From Phycisphaerae bacterium (GTDB lineage: Bacteria; Planctomycetota; Phycisphaerae; UBA1845; Fen-1342): a DNA stretch of 64,000 bases. This document shows, piece after piece, positions 9,787 to 19,071 of this stretch (position 1 is its first letter; each line of letters opens with the position of its first letter). Below the pieces are notes generated by a model that was given only the letters and a program-made list of their open reading frames with translations, ran no database searches and had not been told where the DNA came from. Both the position numbers and the translations under genes were made by a program. Where the stretch lies: the NCBI GenBank assembly GCA_963666925.2, contig CAXXTC010000002.1, positions 21,983-85,982 on the forward strand. Direction: 5' to 3'.

Positions 9787-10137
9787 TCAGGCACACTGCT
9801 CCGGAGCGGGAATCAGACACAGAAACTCCAGCGGCTCGCCGCCCGTGCATACGAACTGGTGCTTTTCATTGGGCGGCATCCAGACTACGTCGCCGGCCCG
9901 ACAGGCCCGCTCGCCTTCCGTCCCCTTCACCGTACCCTGGCCCTTCAGGATCAGCACTTCATGTTCGTAATCATGAGCATGGTGCGGCGTGTGACCGCCC
10001 GGCTGAACCTCGAAGTGACGCATGTGAAAAACGTCGGCCCCATCCTGCGGGCCGATGAGCATGCGCATCTTCACCTGCTCCGCGTCCGGCAGGTCCACCG
10101 ACTTCTGCTCGTGCTCACTGATCGGCTTAACTTTCAT
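9787..10137 (-). CDS. Cupin domain protein
   Basis: MRHFEVQPGGHTPHHAHDYEHE...PPNEKHQF; start at ATG 10137 with GAGG RBS. Confidence 0.9.
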   Translation of the reverse strand: MKVKPISEHEQKSVDLPDAEQVKMRMLIGPQDGADVFHMRHFEVQPGGHTPHHAHDYEHEVLILKGQGTVKGTEGERACRAGDVVWMPPNEKHQFVCTGGEPLEFLCLIPAPEQCA

Positions 10138-10180
10138 CCCATAACCTCTGCTGATGCTGGCTGTCGGGTGACATACCGGG

Positions 10181-10645
10181 CTAGTCTCCACCGCTGATGA
10201 TCCACGTATCAGTAACACGCTTGTAGCTGACGATCTCCTCCGGGCGGAAGAACAGCTCGATCTCCTTGCGAGCGGTGTCGGGTCCGTCGCTGGCATGCAC
10301 CAGGTTGTACTGCTGGTCTAGGCCGAAATCTCCGCGGATCGTACCCGGGGCGGCCTTGGCACCGTGCGTCGCGCCGAGCAGCGCCCGCACCACCTCGATC
10401 GCGCCAGGACCCTCCAGAACCGCCAGGATGACCGGCCCACTGGTCATGAAATCGACCAGCGACTGATAAAACGGCCGCTCCCGGTGGACGGCGTAATGCT
10501 GCTCGACCTGCGGCCGCGGCGATTGCTGCAACTTCAACGCCGCCACACGCAGCCCCTTGTCCTCAAAACGAGCCAGAATACGCCCGACCAACTGACGGTG
10601 CAGGGTGTCCGGCTTGAAGATGATCAAAGTTCGCTCGTATTCCAT
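10181..10645 (-). CDS. ndk: Nucleoside diphosphate kinase
   Basis: ERTLIIFKPD, PGTIRGDFG, NLVHASD. Confidence 0.97.
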   Translation of the reverse strand: MEYERTLIIFKPDTLHRQLVGRILARFEDKGLRVAALKLQQSPRPQVEQHYAVHRERPFYQSLVDFMTSGPVILAVLEGPGAIEVVRALLGATHGAKAAPGTIRGDFGLDQQYNLVHASDGPDTARKEIELFFRPEEIVSYKRVTDTWIISGGD

Positions 10646-10677
10646 CGTTGCTCCTGAATCGTTACTCTGAGGCGGTG

Positions 10678-10706
10678 ATTCTAACGACGCCGGGGGCGAA
10701 GACCAA
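10678..10706 (-). promoter_or_regulatory. Putative sigma70 promoter for ndk-cupin-sod
   Basis: TTGGTC-N17-TAGAAT 32 bp upstream of the ndk start. Confidence 0.55.
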
Positions 10707-10781
10707 GGAACCGCGTCTCAGATGTCCGGCCCGCCCTACCGAGTTCAACATCACCACGCCCCGCAGCAAAAACTGCTGCGA

Positions 10782-11651
10782 ATGGCGGCCGCGCTGATTA
10801 TCACCGTCGGCGTGTTGAGCACAGTCGGCTGCCACACACCCGGCAGTCGGCTGACATGCGGACAGCGCGCCGTCGCCGAGGCGGCCCGCCCCATACTCGA
10901 GCTCGACCCGAACGCATCATGGACCGAGTGTTTCAATCGGCTCGTCGATCTGGGCCCAGAGAGCATCCACTATCTGGCGCAGCACGAGTCGCTAGCCCGC
11001 CCGGCGGCTCCGGACGACCTGCGTGTGATGGTGCACCTGTCGCTGCTGCGTTGCCTGGCCAATCCCGCCGCCGCACCGCCCGATCTCAGCGCCACCGCAC
11101 TGGAAACCACACTGGACGTGTTGCATTTTGATATTAAGGTCGGAGGCCGGGAGATCGGGCGGATCGTACAGGCCGAGCCGAGCCTGCCCTACCGCTGGCA
11201 CGAGCTCTATCCGGTGAGTTTCAATCATGCACTGGCGGCCCAGATCAACGTGGAGCGAGATCGGGTTGCGTTGTTGGAATGGTACGCAGCCCATCGCAAT
11301 GCGCCCTACACGCTTGCCCACGGGCAGCGTCTCCGTCCAGAGCTGGCGAGCCTGTGGCGGGTGCTGGCGCGGGGTTATGCGGACGCGTGGCTGTATCAGC
11401 CTGAGCCGGGGGCGGTGTTGTGTGCCGCCGGCCCGCCACGCGAGCCGGTGCTACTCCAGATGCAGACGTGGGATTACAACCTGGTGCGTGCAGTTTGCAT
11501 CTGGCTGGGACAATGCATGGATGTCGGCGTGCAGGCCCAACTGGTGGAACTTGTTGGCAGCCCGGTGCCGGTGGTTTCATATAATGCACGTTTTGCGTTG
11601 CACTATTCCAACGACAAGCGTATCCGCGAGATTCTCGTTAAGTACGAGTGA
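10782..11651 (+). CDS. Hypothetical lipoprotein
   Basis: Open 309-aa frame; hydrophobic stretch with lipobox-like TVGC after ATG 10782; HEAT-like helices at C-terminus. Confidence 0.6.
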   Translation: MAAALIITVGVLSTVGCHTPGSRLTCGQRAVAEAARPILELDPNASWTECFNRLVDLGPESIHYLAQHESLARPAAPDDLRVMVHLSLLRCLANPAAAPPDLSATALETTLDVLHFDIKVGGREIGRIVQAEPSLPYRWHELYPVSFNHALAAQINVERDRVALLEWYAAHRNAPYTLAHGQRLRPELASLWRVLARGYADAWLYQPEPGAVLCAAGPPREPVLLQMQTWDYNLVRAVCIWLGQCMDVGVQAQLVELVGSPVPVVSYNARFALHYSNDKRIREILVKYE

Positions 11652-11892
11652 ATATTCGGTCAGACCGACAAAGCCGTAAGTTCCACACCGGCAAGCGCAA
11701 AAAAGAGGGGCGGACGTCGGTGGGCGCCGGGGGAAACGCCGCTGCCGAGCGTACCGCCCCAGGTTCAGGTGGCACTTGCTCGAAGGCCAGTGAGTGACTG
11801 ACCTCGGATTGGATAATAGACCTGATTGGGCCGGATGCAAGGACGAGATGCCCTCAAAATCTCTGAAACCGCTTTGTGGAGGTTCCTTAGGG

Positions 11893-11921
11893 TTGCCCAC
11901 TAAAGACGGGCGTGGTATTCT
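11893..11921 (+). promoter_or_regulatory. Sigma70 promoter for tRNA-Tyr
   Basis: TTGCCC-N17-TATTCT with extended -10 TG, 50 bp upstream of the tRNA. Confidence 0.65.
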
Positions 11922-11971
11922 TCAAGGCTACAATTGCCATCCGTCGGCAAGGCCGCGGGTGGCTCATTGGC

Positions 11972-12054
11972 GGGCGTGTGACCGAGAGGCCAATGGTGAC
12001 GGGCTGTAAACCCGTTGGGGAAACCCTTCGCTGGTTCGAATCCAGCCGCGCCCA
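11972..12054 (+). tRNA. tRNA-Tyr(GTA)
   Basis: Acceptor GGGCGTG/CGCGCCC, anticodon arm ACGGG-CTGTAAA-CCCGT, long variable arm GGGGAAACCC, T-loop GGTTCGAATCC; CCA not encoded. Confidence 0.97.
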
Positions 12055-12056
12055 TC

Positions 12057-12083
12057 AACCCCCGAGCCTGTCTCGGGGGTTTT
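12057..12083 (+). terminator. Intrinsic terminator after tRNA-Tyr
   Basis: AACCCCCGAG-CCTGT-CTCGGGGGTT-TT. Confidence 0.8.
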
Positions 12084-12385
12084 GATATCATCATCTCAAA
12101 ATAGGGGCCGTCACGTAGCCCGCGAGCGTACCGGCGATGGGACAACATTCTTTTTGAGAACAACGTTGTCAATCTTAGGTCGATGCCGGCCGGGGTTGCT
12201 GATGCGACTGCGAGTGGACCACGTCCTGCCGGTTTGGCGGGGGCCGAACGGCCAGTTACACTACCCCCATGACCCGGTTGCGGACCGTCGCCAGGATCGG
12301 CCGCCAACCGACGCGAGAGAGACTGTCAGAACGCGACCACGCTCTCTATTGGACCCTCGGCACCTGCCAACTCGGGGTAGCAACC

Positions 12386-14119
12386 ATGAACATGAACAGG
12401 AAGTTGCGATCGTTACTGATGGTGATGGGCGTGGCGGCGGCATCGCTCACTGACCTCGCCAGCGGCATGGACGAACCACCCTCAAAGGTGCCGATCACCA
12501 TCTCCCGCGAGACAACGTACGTCACCGATCCGCCGCTCTACCCCGACGGCACGGTCGATTACATCGCATACCTGGATCAGTATTTCGGCCGGGGAGTCAC
12601 GCGGGAGAACAATGCCGCGGTGGTGCTGTTCCCGCTACAGGAGTTCGACCCGCTGTTCTCACTCCAGGAGTTCGACCCGGAGCGCAAGCGACAAGCGACC
12701 GCGCGAGCACTCGGCCTGACGGACGCCGACAACACGCCAATCAACTTCGTTTCGTTTGAGGAGCACTTCAAAGCGAATGCCCCGCCCGAAGATCGCGACC
12801 CGAAACTCGGTCCGCTGGACCCCGAGAGCAAAGAGCTGATCGAGGGCGCGAATCTGCCTGAGGACTTGAAGAAGGAGCTGTCGCGGGCTCTGTCGCCGCA
12901 AACCCATGAAGCCTGGGACCAGGCGCGTGACCGCCTGTACGAAGCGCGAAAACGCCCGTGGACGGCGGATGAGTTTCCGCTGGTGGCGAGTTGGCTGGAC
13001 GCCAATCGCCCGACGCTCAACCTCCTGCGGCAGGCGGCGACCAGGGAGCGCTTGTTCATTCCCTGCGTCAGCGACGGTAGGCCTGCGTATCTGCTGTCCA
13101 GCATACCGTGGTGCTATCCCAACAACATAAACCGGGGGGACATCATATTAGCCAGCGCGATGCGCGCCGCCGGCACCGGAAACATCGACCAAGCATTGGA
13201 TGAACTGCTAATCTGCCGCCATATTGGCCGGCTGTACTACGATCGGGGGTTCTTTCTCGCCACCGCGGCGGGACTGAAACAGAACTACCATGCTGCGGCC
13301 GCGGAGCGAATGCTGTTGGACCAGATGAGCACCGAACAGATCCGGGAGCGTATCGAGCAGCTCGAGCAATTCACTGAACTCCCGGCCGACTGGCACAACA
13401 GCTACCTCGTCGAGCGGCTTGCCAGCTTGGACTGCGCTACTTCTCTCGCCCGGGTTTTGCATGGGCAATTCGACAAGTACCTGGGCAACATTGGCCTGAG
13501 TGCGGAGCAACTGAAAAGGATGCGCGTCGACTACGACGCGATTCTGCGACGCACAAACGCGGTTTACGACCAGGTCGAGGCAGCACTGAACCAGGACAGC
13601 TACCGGAAACAGCACGAAGCCCTGCGTGCGGTCGATGAGCAGGTCGAACTCGTCAGCGACAGGCGGAAGGAATGGGATGACCGCGGCGGCTTCGTCGCGT
13701 ACCTCAACAGCCGAGTAATACCGCACCTATCAAACCCCGAGAAGGCCAGCGCGATTATGACAGACGAACTGGCGAAAGAACGGTCTGTGATATCAGTGCC
13801 TATCTTCGCACGCCCGTGGCAAACACACACGCTGCACTGGGCTCACGGCCGCGTGACGCTGCTGGCCTTTGCCCTCACGGCCTTCAAACGTGACCAGGGG
13901 GACTATCCGAAAACACTCGCCGAACTGGTGCCCGACTACCTGAAGCAAATCCCCGCCGACCCGTTTACCGGCAAGGATTTCATCTATCACCCTGCCGCCA
14001 CAACCGGCCGGCTATACAGCGTCGGCCCCAACCTAAAAGACGACGGCGGCCGCGAAGACGACGGCGCCTGGCCCAAGCCAGAAGACCCGGCCGACGCCGC
14101 TACTCCTTCGGCGGAATGA
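12386..14119 (+). CDS. Exported helical protein with C-terminal GspG/pseudopilin-like motif
   Basis: Signal-like N-terminus; ISRETT..T.P..PDG.VDY; C-terminal ALTAFKRDQGDYPKTLAELVPDYLKQIPADPFTG...LYSVGPNLKDDGG. Confidence 0.7.
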   Translation: MNMNRKLRSLLMVMGVAAASLTDLASGMDEPPSKVPITISRETTYVTDPPLYPDGTVDYIAYLDQYFGRGVTRENNAAVVLFPLQEFDPLFSLQEFDPERKRQATARALGLTDADNTPINFVSFEEHFKANAPPEDRDPKLGPLDPESKELIEGANLPEDLKKELSRALSPQTHEAWDQARDRLYEARKRPWTADEFPLVASWLDANRPTLNLLRQAATRERLFIPCVSDGRPAYLLSSIPWCYPNNINRGDIILASAMRAAGTGNIDQALDELLICRHIGRLYYDRGFFLATAAGLKQNYHAAAAERMLLDQMSTEQIRERIEQLEQFTELPADWHNSYLVERLASLDCATSLARVLHGQFDKYLGNIGLSAEQLKRMRVDYDAILRRTNAVYDQVEAALNQDSYRKQHEALRAVDEQVELVSDRRKEWDDRGGFVAYLNSRVIPHLSNPEKASAIMTDELAKERSVISVPIFARPWQTHTLHWAHGRVTLLAFALTAFKRDQGDYPKTLAELVPDYLKQIPADPFTGKDFIYHPAATTGRLYSVGPNLKDDGGREDDGAWPKPEDPADAATPSAE

Positions 14120-17100
14120 TGTAGCCGAACTCCAACTGGAACTCGAACATGTCGCGCAGGTCGGCGTCGGTGTCACCGTCCATGTCGGCACAGTCACACT
14201 CGCCACTCACCTCCCAGCCCGGGCCGGCCATGCACCCCTGCACAACCTGCCAGTCAACCGCATCAATCATGTAATCATCGTTGCAGTCGCCCGGAATCTC
14301 GTACGAGCCCGTCGCTATCTCCACCTCCAGCACGTCAAACCACTCCAGCCCGGGCTCGCCGTCCTCCAGGTACAACCCCTGCCCATAAAACAAAACTTCC
14401 TTGATGAACTCAGGATTGAAGCCCTCGTCGGCATTGATGTAAGACATCAGGGACACCTCGACCGTGGTCCACTCTGCCGGCATCAGCTCCGGGTCCGGTT
14501 CAAACACCGCACCCAGCTCGGCCTGGTTACCGTCGATGTCGCGCACGGCAGCGTAAACCGTTGGCAGCCCATACTCAGCCACGGACGGGTCGACGTAGTA
14601 GCGAGCCGTGAAGTACATCGACATGAACGGCCAGAGATACACGCTTACCGGCTCGTAGCAGGCCATGGTGATGTCCACGACCGGCCCGACCCAATAATCA
14701 CTGTCGCCCGGATAAACGCGCGAGAAGGCATCGTATCCATCATCGACGAACTCGAACGACGCCGGCTCTTCGACCGTGATGGTGTCGTAGCGCTGGTCGG
14801 TCGCATCGTGCAGGTTGATTTGTTCACCCATGGGAATCTCCACGGGGAACATCATGCCGCCATAGACATAGAACCCGTCTGACGCCGAGTCAGACAACTC
14901 GTCGTCGTCATAAAAGACCACGGTGATGTTCGTGTAGCCGGGCGGGAAGGTGAACCAGATCTCGGGATAATCCCCGTCGTACCAGACGTCGCCGTTGATG
15001 ATCCACACCCAGCGGGTGATATCACCGTCGGGATCGTACGCCCCGGGCGTGGCCACTCGCACCGGCGCGCTGGGGCAGCCGGAGTAGATCGGTGTCATCG
15101 GCGTAGGGTAATCGGGCACCGGCCGGTAGCCCACCTTGCAAACCCAGCAATCATCCGGGTCCCAGTTGTCGGGCGTCGAGTAAAGGCTGTCACTCAATAC
15201 GTCGACCGTCACGTGATACTCGCCGACAGCCGGGCAGAAATCCACGAGCGTAGTGTAAGCCCCGCCAAGGTAGTTCGTGGCAAACTGACCGGTATGCCCC
15301 AGAGCCTGACCGTCGCTGTACGTGGGACAACCGCCGCCATACTCATACCAATAGTCGGAATAGGCGTGATAGGTCCGTGTGAGGCGTGCGTCATTGTCGA
15401 CAATGTAGACCGGCTCGCCAACCAGGTAGACGTCCTTGTCGACATGGACGCCGATTACTTCTCTGAAAGGCATGAACATACACGTTTCACCGGCTTCGGG
15501 ATTGCGCCCGTTGCCGTTGATGTCCTCGCCGCCGTCGAAGTCGCCGTCGTTGTCCGAGTCGCAGTCGTTTTCGGAACGGTGGCCATCGAAATCGAAATCG
15601 GAGAACCACAGGTCGTCGTTGTCGTGCCCGCGATGGTAGCTGTCGTGGAAGGTGTAGTTGCGAATGTCGTTCTTGTCAGGGACCTCGTCTTTGTCCGTGT
15701 CGGGATCGTTCATCGAGGATTCGAGGGCGCGAATATCCTCGTCGAAATCCATGATGCCGTCGTTGTCGCTGTCAGTGTTGACGGAGGCCTCCTGCATGCG
15801 TGCCGTCACGCCGGTGGTGGGCTGGAGCCAGACCGCGTCAAACACATTCTCGCGGTGGCGACGCCAATAAGGCGTCGGTGAACCGGCGATAACGTAGCTG
15901 AACACGTGGGGGTGATAGGGACCAAACCAGGGATCGTTCGCGTAGACGATCTGAACATCCGTCCCCGTCGGAGTCGTGAACTCGAAGTAGAAGTTCGGCA
16001 CCAGGCAGTGGCCCGGAACAGCGGCAACGAAGCAGTCGCGTTCGTCGATCCACTGCTTCATCTGGGCGAAGGTGAAATTACCCGCCCCGACATACTGATA
16101 GCTGATTGCGGCTCCGTTCAGAGCCCATGATAGCGTTGTGGTGATCTGTGGATCGCTATTGGGCCGATCGTGGCCAAGATCGCCCTCGGGCTCGGGGCGC
16201 TGGTTGTGCCAGTTTTCGTAGGCGATGCGATCCTGGCTGAGGTCGCCGCCATACTTGCCGTTGACCATCGCGATGGAGGCGGCCCAGCAGTAATTTCGGC
16301 CATGCAGACAGCCGCTGTCATCGGGGCTCTGGTCCGGATGCGGGATATCCCACGCGCACGGACCGGTCTCGGGGCAGCCGGGCCGAACCGGCGGCCCGGT
16401 CAAACTCCCCCGCTGCCGATCGTCCCACAGGCACAGCAGCCGGGTGTCCTTGTGCTGGAACTTGAAAGGGCACGACCGGCAGAACTTCGCCTCCAGGGCC
16501 ACCAGATCGCTGTTCACGACAAACATCCACTCGGCCGCCCAGGGAGTCTCGTCGGCACCGAAGCTGGCCCGCACGCGCCAGAAGTAGACATTGTTCGACA
16601 ACCCGCCGAGCAGCTCATACTCCGCATCCGTCAGGTCCGTAACGTCGACCACCAGGTCGGTGAAGGTGTAATCGGTCGCAATCTGGAAATCGTATCCGGT
16701 CGCACCGATCACCTCGGTCCATTCGAACAGCGTGGGCGCCGCCGTGAACACGGCTCGATTGTCCGGCGAAAGTTGAATCGGGTTCTCGACGGTGTACGCG
16801 CCATGGTGAACATAGAGCGTCAACGGCACGATGCGCCAATCGTCGGCGATGTCGTGGTCGAACCCGTCGAAGTAGCGCGCCAGCGAGTCACCATCGTCGA
16901 GGTTCTGCGTATCGACGAACGTGCCGGCCGTCCAGATTCCCGCCGCGGCAGCATAGTCATGAGCCGATCCCGGAGCGTATGCGCCGGTCGTGTCCCAGGC
17001 GACGAAATCGACCATCGTGCTGGCGTCCGGCGCGCCCGCGTACAACGCGCACTCATCCTGCATCTGGTCAAACTCCAGCGCAGCCGAGCCGTAGTAATAC

Positions 17101-17453
17101 GCGCCCGCGCCATCGGCAAAATCGACGTCATCGGTGCCAGCGCAGAAGTAGACCGTCAGGAAACATTCGCTGGGCAGGTCCAGATCGGGCAGTAACACCG
17201 GCGAGAGCGCGTCGCGGGTGGAGAGCATCCAGCCGCCGAGCGTGACATCGGTGCCACTGGCGTTATATAGCTCGACGCGCGTAGCCAACATGTTCTCGTC
17301 CAGCCGGCCCATTGACGCCGGCGCGTACACGACCTCATTCAGCACAACCTGGGCGGCCACGGGGGCCACCAGCAGGCCAAGCAGCACCACACCCGACACG
17401 GCAAGCCCAACGCGACGGATCGACTCTGGGGCGGCAGATGAACTGGGGGACAT
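14100..17453 (-). CDS. Large secreted multidomain protein: lamin-tail domain, FN3-like, papain-like (C39-type) peptidase, Asp-rich Ca-binding repeats, PKD-like, dockerin-like C-terminus
   Basis: Signal peptide ending AAQ; VVLNEVVY..VELYN; NYCWAASIAM / GHCLV / NDPW; DSDNDG, DTDKDE, DFDFDG repeats; YDPDGDI..W; GDCNDD...DMDGDTDADLRD. Confidence 0.75.
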   Translation of the reverse strand: MSPSSSAAPESIRRVGLAVSGVVLLGLLVAPVAAQVVLNEVVYAPASMGRLDENMLATRVELYNASGTDVTLGGWMLSTRDALSPVLLPDLDLPSECFLTVYFCAGTDDVDFADGAGAYYYGSAALEFDQMQDECALYAGAPDASTMVDFVAWDTTGAYAPGSAHDYAAAAGIWTAGTFVDTQNLDDGDSLARYFDGFDHDIADDWRIVPLTLYVHHGAYTVENPIQLSPDNRAVFTAAPTLFEWTEVIGATGYDFQIATDYTFTDLVVDVTDLTDAEYELLGGLSNNVYFWRVRASFGADETPWAAEWMFVVNSDLVALEAKFCRSCPFKFQHKDTRLLCLWDDRQRGSLTGPPVRPGCPETGPCAWDIPHPDQSPDDSGCLHGRNYCWAASIAMVNGKYGGDLSQDRIAYENWHNQRPEPEGDLGHDRPNSDPQITTTLSWALNGAAISYQYVGAGNFTFAQMKQWIDERDCFVAAVPGHCLVPNFYFEFTTPTGTDVQIVYANDPWFGPYHPHVFSYVIAGSPTPYWRRHRENVFDAVWLQPTTGVTARMQEASVNTDSDNDGIMDFDEDIRALESSMNDPDTDKDEVPDKNDIRNYTFHDSYHRGHDNDDLWFSDFDFDGHRSENDCDSDNDGDFDGGEDINGNGRNPEAGETCMFMPFREVIGVHVDKDVYLVGEPVYIVDNDARLTRTYHAYSDYWYEYGGGCPTYSDGQALGHTGQFATNYLGGAYTTLVDFCPAVGEYHVTVDVLSDSLYSTPDNWDPDDCWVCKVGYRPVPDYPTPMTPIYSGCPSAPVRVATPGAYDPDGDITRWVWIINGDVWYDGDYPEIWFTFPPGYTNITVVFYDDDELSDSASDGFYVYGGMMFPVEIPMGEQINLHDATDQRYDTITVEEPASFEFVDDGYDAFSRVYPGDSDYWVGPVVDITMACYEPVSVYLWPFMSMYFTARYYVDPSVAEYGLPTVYAAVRDIDGNQAELGAVFEPDPELMPAEWTTVEVSLMSYINADEGFNPEFIKEVLFYGQGLYLEDGEPGLEWFDVLEVEIATGSYEIPGDCNDDYMIDAVDWQVVQGCMAGPGWEVSGECDCADMDGDTDADLRDMFEFQLEFGYIIPPKE

Positions 17454-17656
17454 GTCCTTCTCCTCGTGTTGTAGCTACAACGCCGACGACGTGAACCGAG
17501 CATGCGCAACCACAGCGCGGCCAAGCCGCCCCTGCGCGCTACCCGGCAAGACCAGAGGCATTATGGAGCCGATCCGAACCACCCCGTTCCGATCACACGA
17601 CACCCGCTGGCGTCCGTGCGGCGGACTTGCTCGGCCCAACCCCGACCTCCACCTCG

Positions 17657-17685
17657 ATTGTCCCGAGCCCCCGGCAGAGGGTCAA
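17657..17685 (-). promoter_or_regulatory. Putative sigma70 promoter for 14100..17453
   Basis: TTGACC-N17-GACAAT. Confidence 0.5.
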
Positions 17686-17886
17686 GGATAAACACCTGTA
17701 GGTAGCGAATGTAATCCTCAGGGTCCCAATCGGCCGGCATCTCACCAAGCCGGCCAACGTGTGGTACGATGCTACGTGGTCGTGTGGCCGACGGCGCTGC
17801 GATGCCGGCACGAATCGGCAACCGCGCCGCAAGCGGCACGCGATGCAATAATCGGCAATCCGCCGCGTAATACCTGGAAGCCACCC

Positions 17887-17939
17887 TGTGGCTCTGGTTT
17901 TCAGCCGGTGATTTCCACCGGCTTGAAACCAGTGTCACA
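17887..17939. repeat. REP-like long palindrome upstream of aroF
   Basis: TGTGGCTCTGGTTTTCAGCCGGTG-ATTTC-CACCGGCTTGAAACCAGTGTCACA. Confidence 0.7.
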
Positions 17940-17997
17940 ATTCCGGGATGGTGCGGTAACCGATTGCGTACCGGGTAGTGGCGCATCGAGGAGCCAG

Positions 17998-19014
17998 ATG
18001 TTCGTTGTGATGGACCGCTCGTGTTCCCGCGAAGACGTCGAAGGCGTCCTCGGTACGCTGCCGGCGCTCGGGGCGCGGGGGCACATCAGCCCCGGCGGGC
18101 CCCCGTGGATTATCGAGGTGCTCGCAGGCGGGCCCGGTCTGGATCCGCACCGGCTGCGCGAGTTGACCGGCGTTGCTGAGGTAAGCGACGACCCGGCCAT
18201 TGTTTACGCACAATCACAGGCGAAGAACGCCGACCCACAGACGATTCCCCTGGGCACGGCCGGCGCTGTGGGCGGACGCCGACTCGCCGTTATCGCCGGC
18301 CCATGCAGCGTTGAGGACGAATCCCGCCTGCTGGAGACCGCTTCTGCGGTGACCGAGGCTGGTGCCGTCGCACTGCGCGGCGGCGCATTCAAGCCCCGCA
18401 CCGCCCCCTACTCCTTCCAGGGACTCGGGCGCGACGGATTGGATATTCTCGGACGTGTGCGTGAGAAGACCGGCTTGGCGATTGTCACCGAGGTCATGTC
18501 CATCGAGCAGCTTCCGGAAGTCGCAGAGGTGGCCGACGTGCTCCAGGTCGGTTCACGCAACATGCACAACACGCCGCTGTTGCAGGCGGTCGGCCAACAA
18601 CCCAAACCCATCCTGCTCAAACGCGGCTGGAGCGCCACGCTCTCCGAACTCCTGCTGGCGGCCGAATACATCCGCCGAGCGGGAAATCCACAGGTGATCC
18701 TGTGCGAGCGCGGCATTCGCACGTTCGAGGAATACGTCCGCAACACGCTCGCCCTGGCAGCGGTGCCCGAAGCGCAACGCCGCAGCGGTCTGCCGGTAAT
18801 CGTCGACCCATCGCACGGCACGGGGCACGCCCACCTGGTCATCCCGATGTGCCGAGCAGCGCTGGCGTGCGGAGCCGACGGTTTGCTGATCGAGGTGCAC
18901 CCCTACCCGGCGCGGGCCTGGAGCGACGGCGCACAATCGCTGGATCTGGATCAGTTCCGCGAATTGATGAACGGGCTGCGCAAGCTGGCAGCCGCCTGCG
19001 ATCGTGAGCTGTAA
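17998..19014 (+). CDS. aroF: 3-deoxy-7-phosphoheptulonate (DAHP) synthase, type I-beta with N-terminal ferredoxin-like/ACT domain
   Basis: IAGPCSVE, RGGAFKPRT.PYSFQG, LKRG, CERGIRTF, VDPSHGTG, IEVHP, SDG.QSL; GAGGAG RBS before ATG 17998. Confidence 0.95.
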   Translation: MFVVMDRSCSREDVEGVLGTLPALGARGHISPGGPPWIIEVLAGGPGLDPHRLRELTGVAEVSDDPAIVYAQSQAKNADPQTIPLGTAGAVGGRRLAVIAGPCSVEDESRLLETASAVTEAGAVALRGGAFKPRTAPYSFQGLGRDGLDILGRVREKTGLAIVTEVMSIEQLPEVAEVADVLQVGSRNMHNTPLLQAVGQQPKPILLKRGWSATLSELLLAAEYIRRAGNPQVILCERGIRTFEEYVRNTLALAAVPEAQRRSGLPVIVDPSHGTGHAHLVIPMCRAALACGADGLLIEVHPYPARAWSDGAQSLDLDQFRELMNGLRKLAAACDREL

Positions 19015-19071
19015 CAAAACGCGTTGATGAGCCGGGCCGGGCGACGTTCAAGCCCGGAACGTCCCGACGCG

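Noticed and set aside
11972..14119. Genomic island integrated at tRNA-Tyr
   Set aside because: No integrase or transposase, and I did not find a duplicated tRNA 3' end in the window.
17761..17997. N-terminal extension of aroF
   Set aside because: It runs through a REP palindrome; the strong GAGGAG RBS supports ATG 17998.
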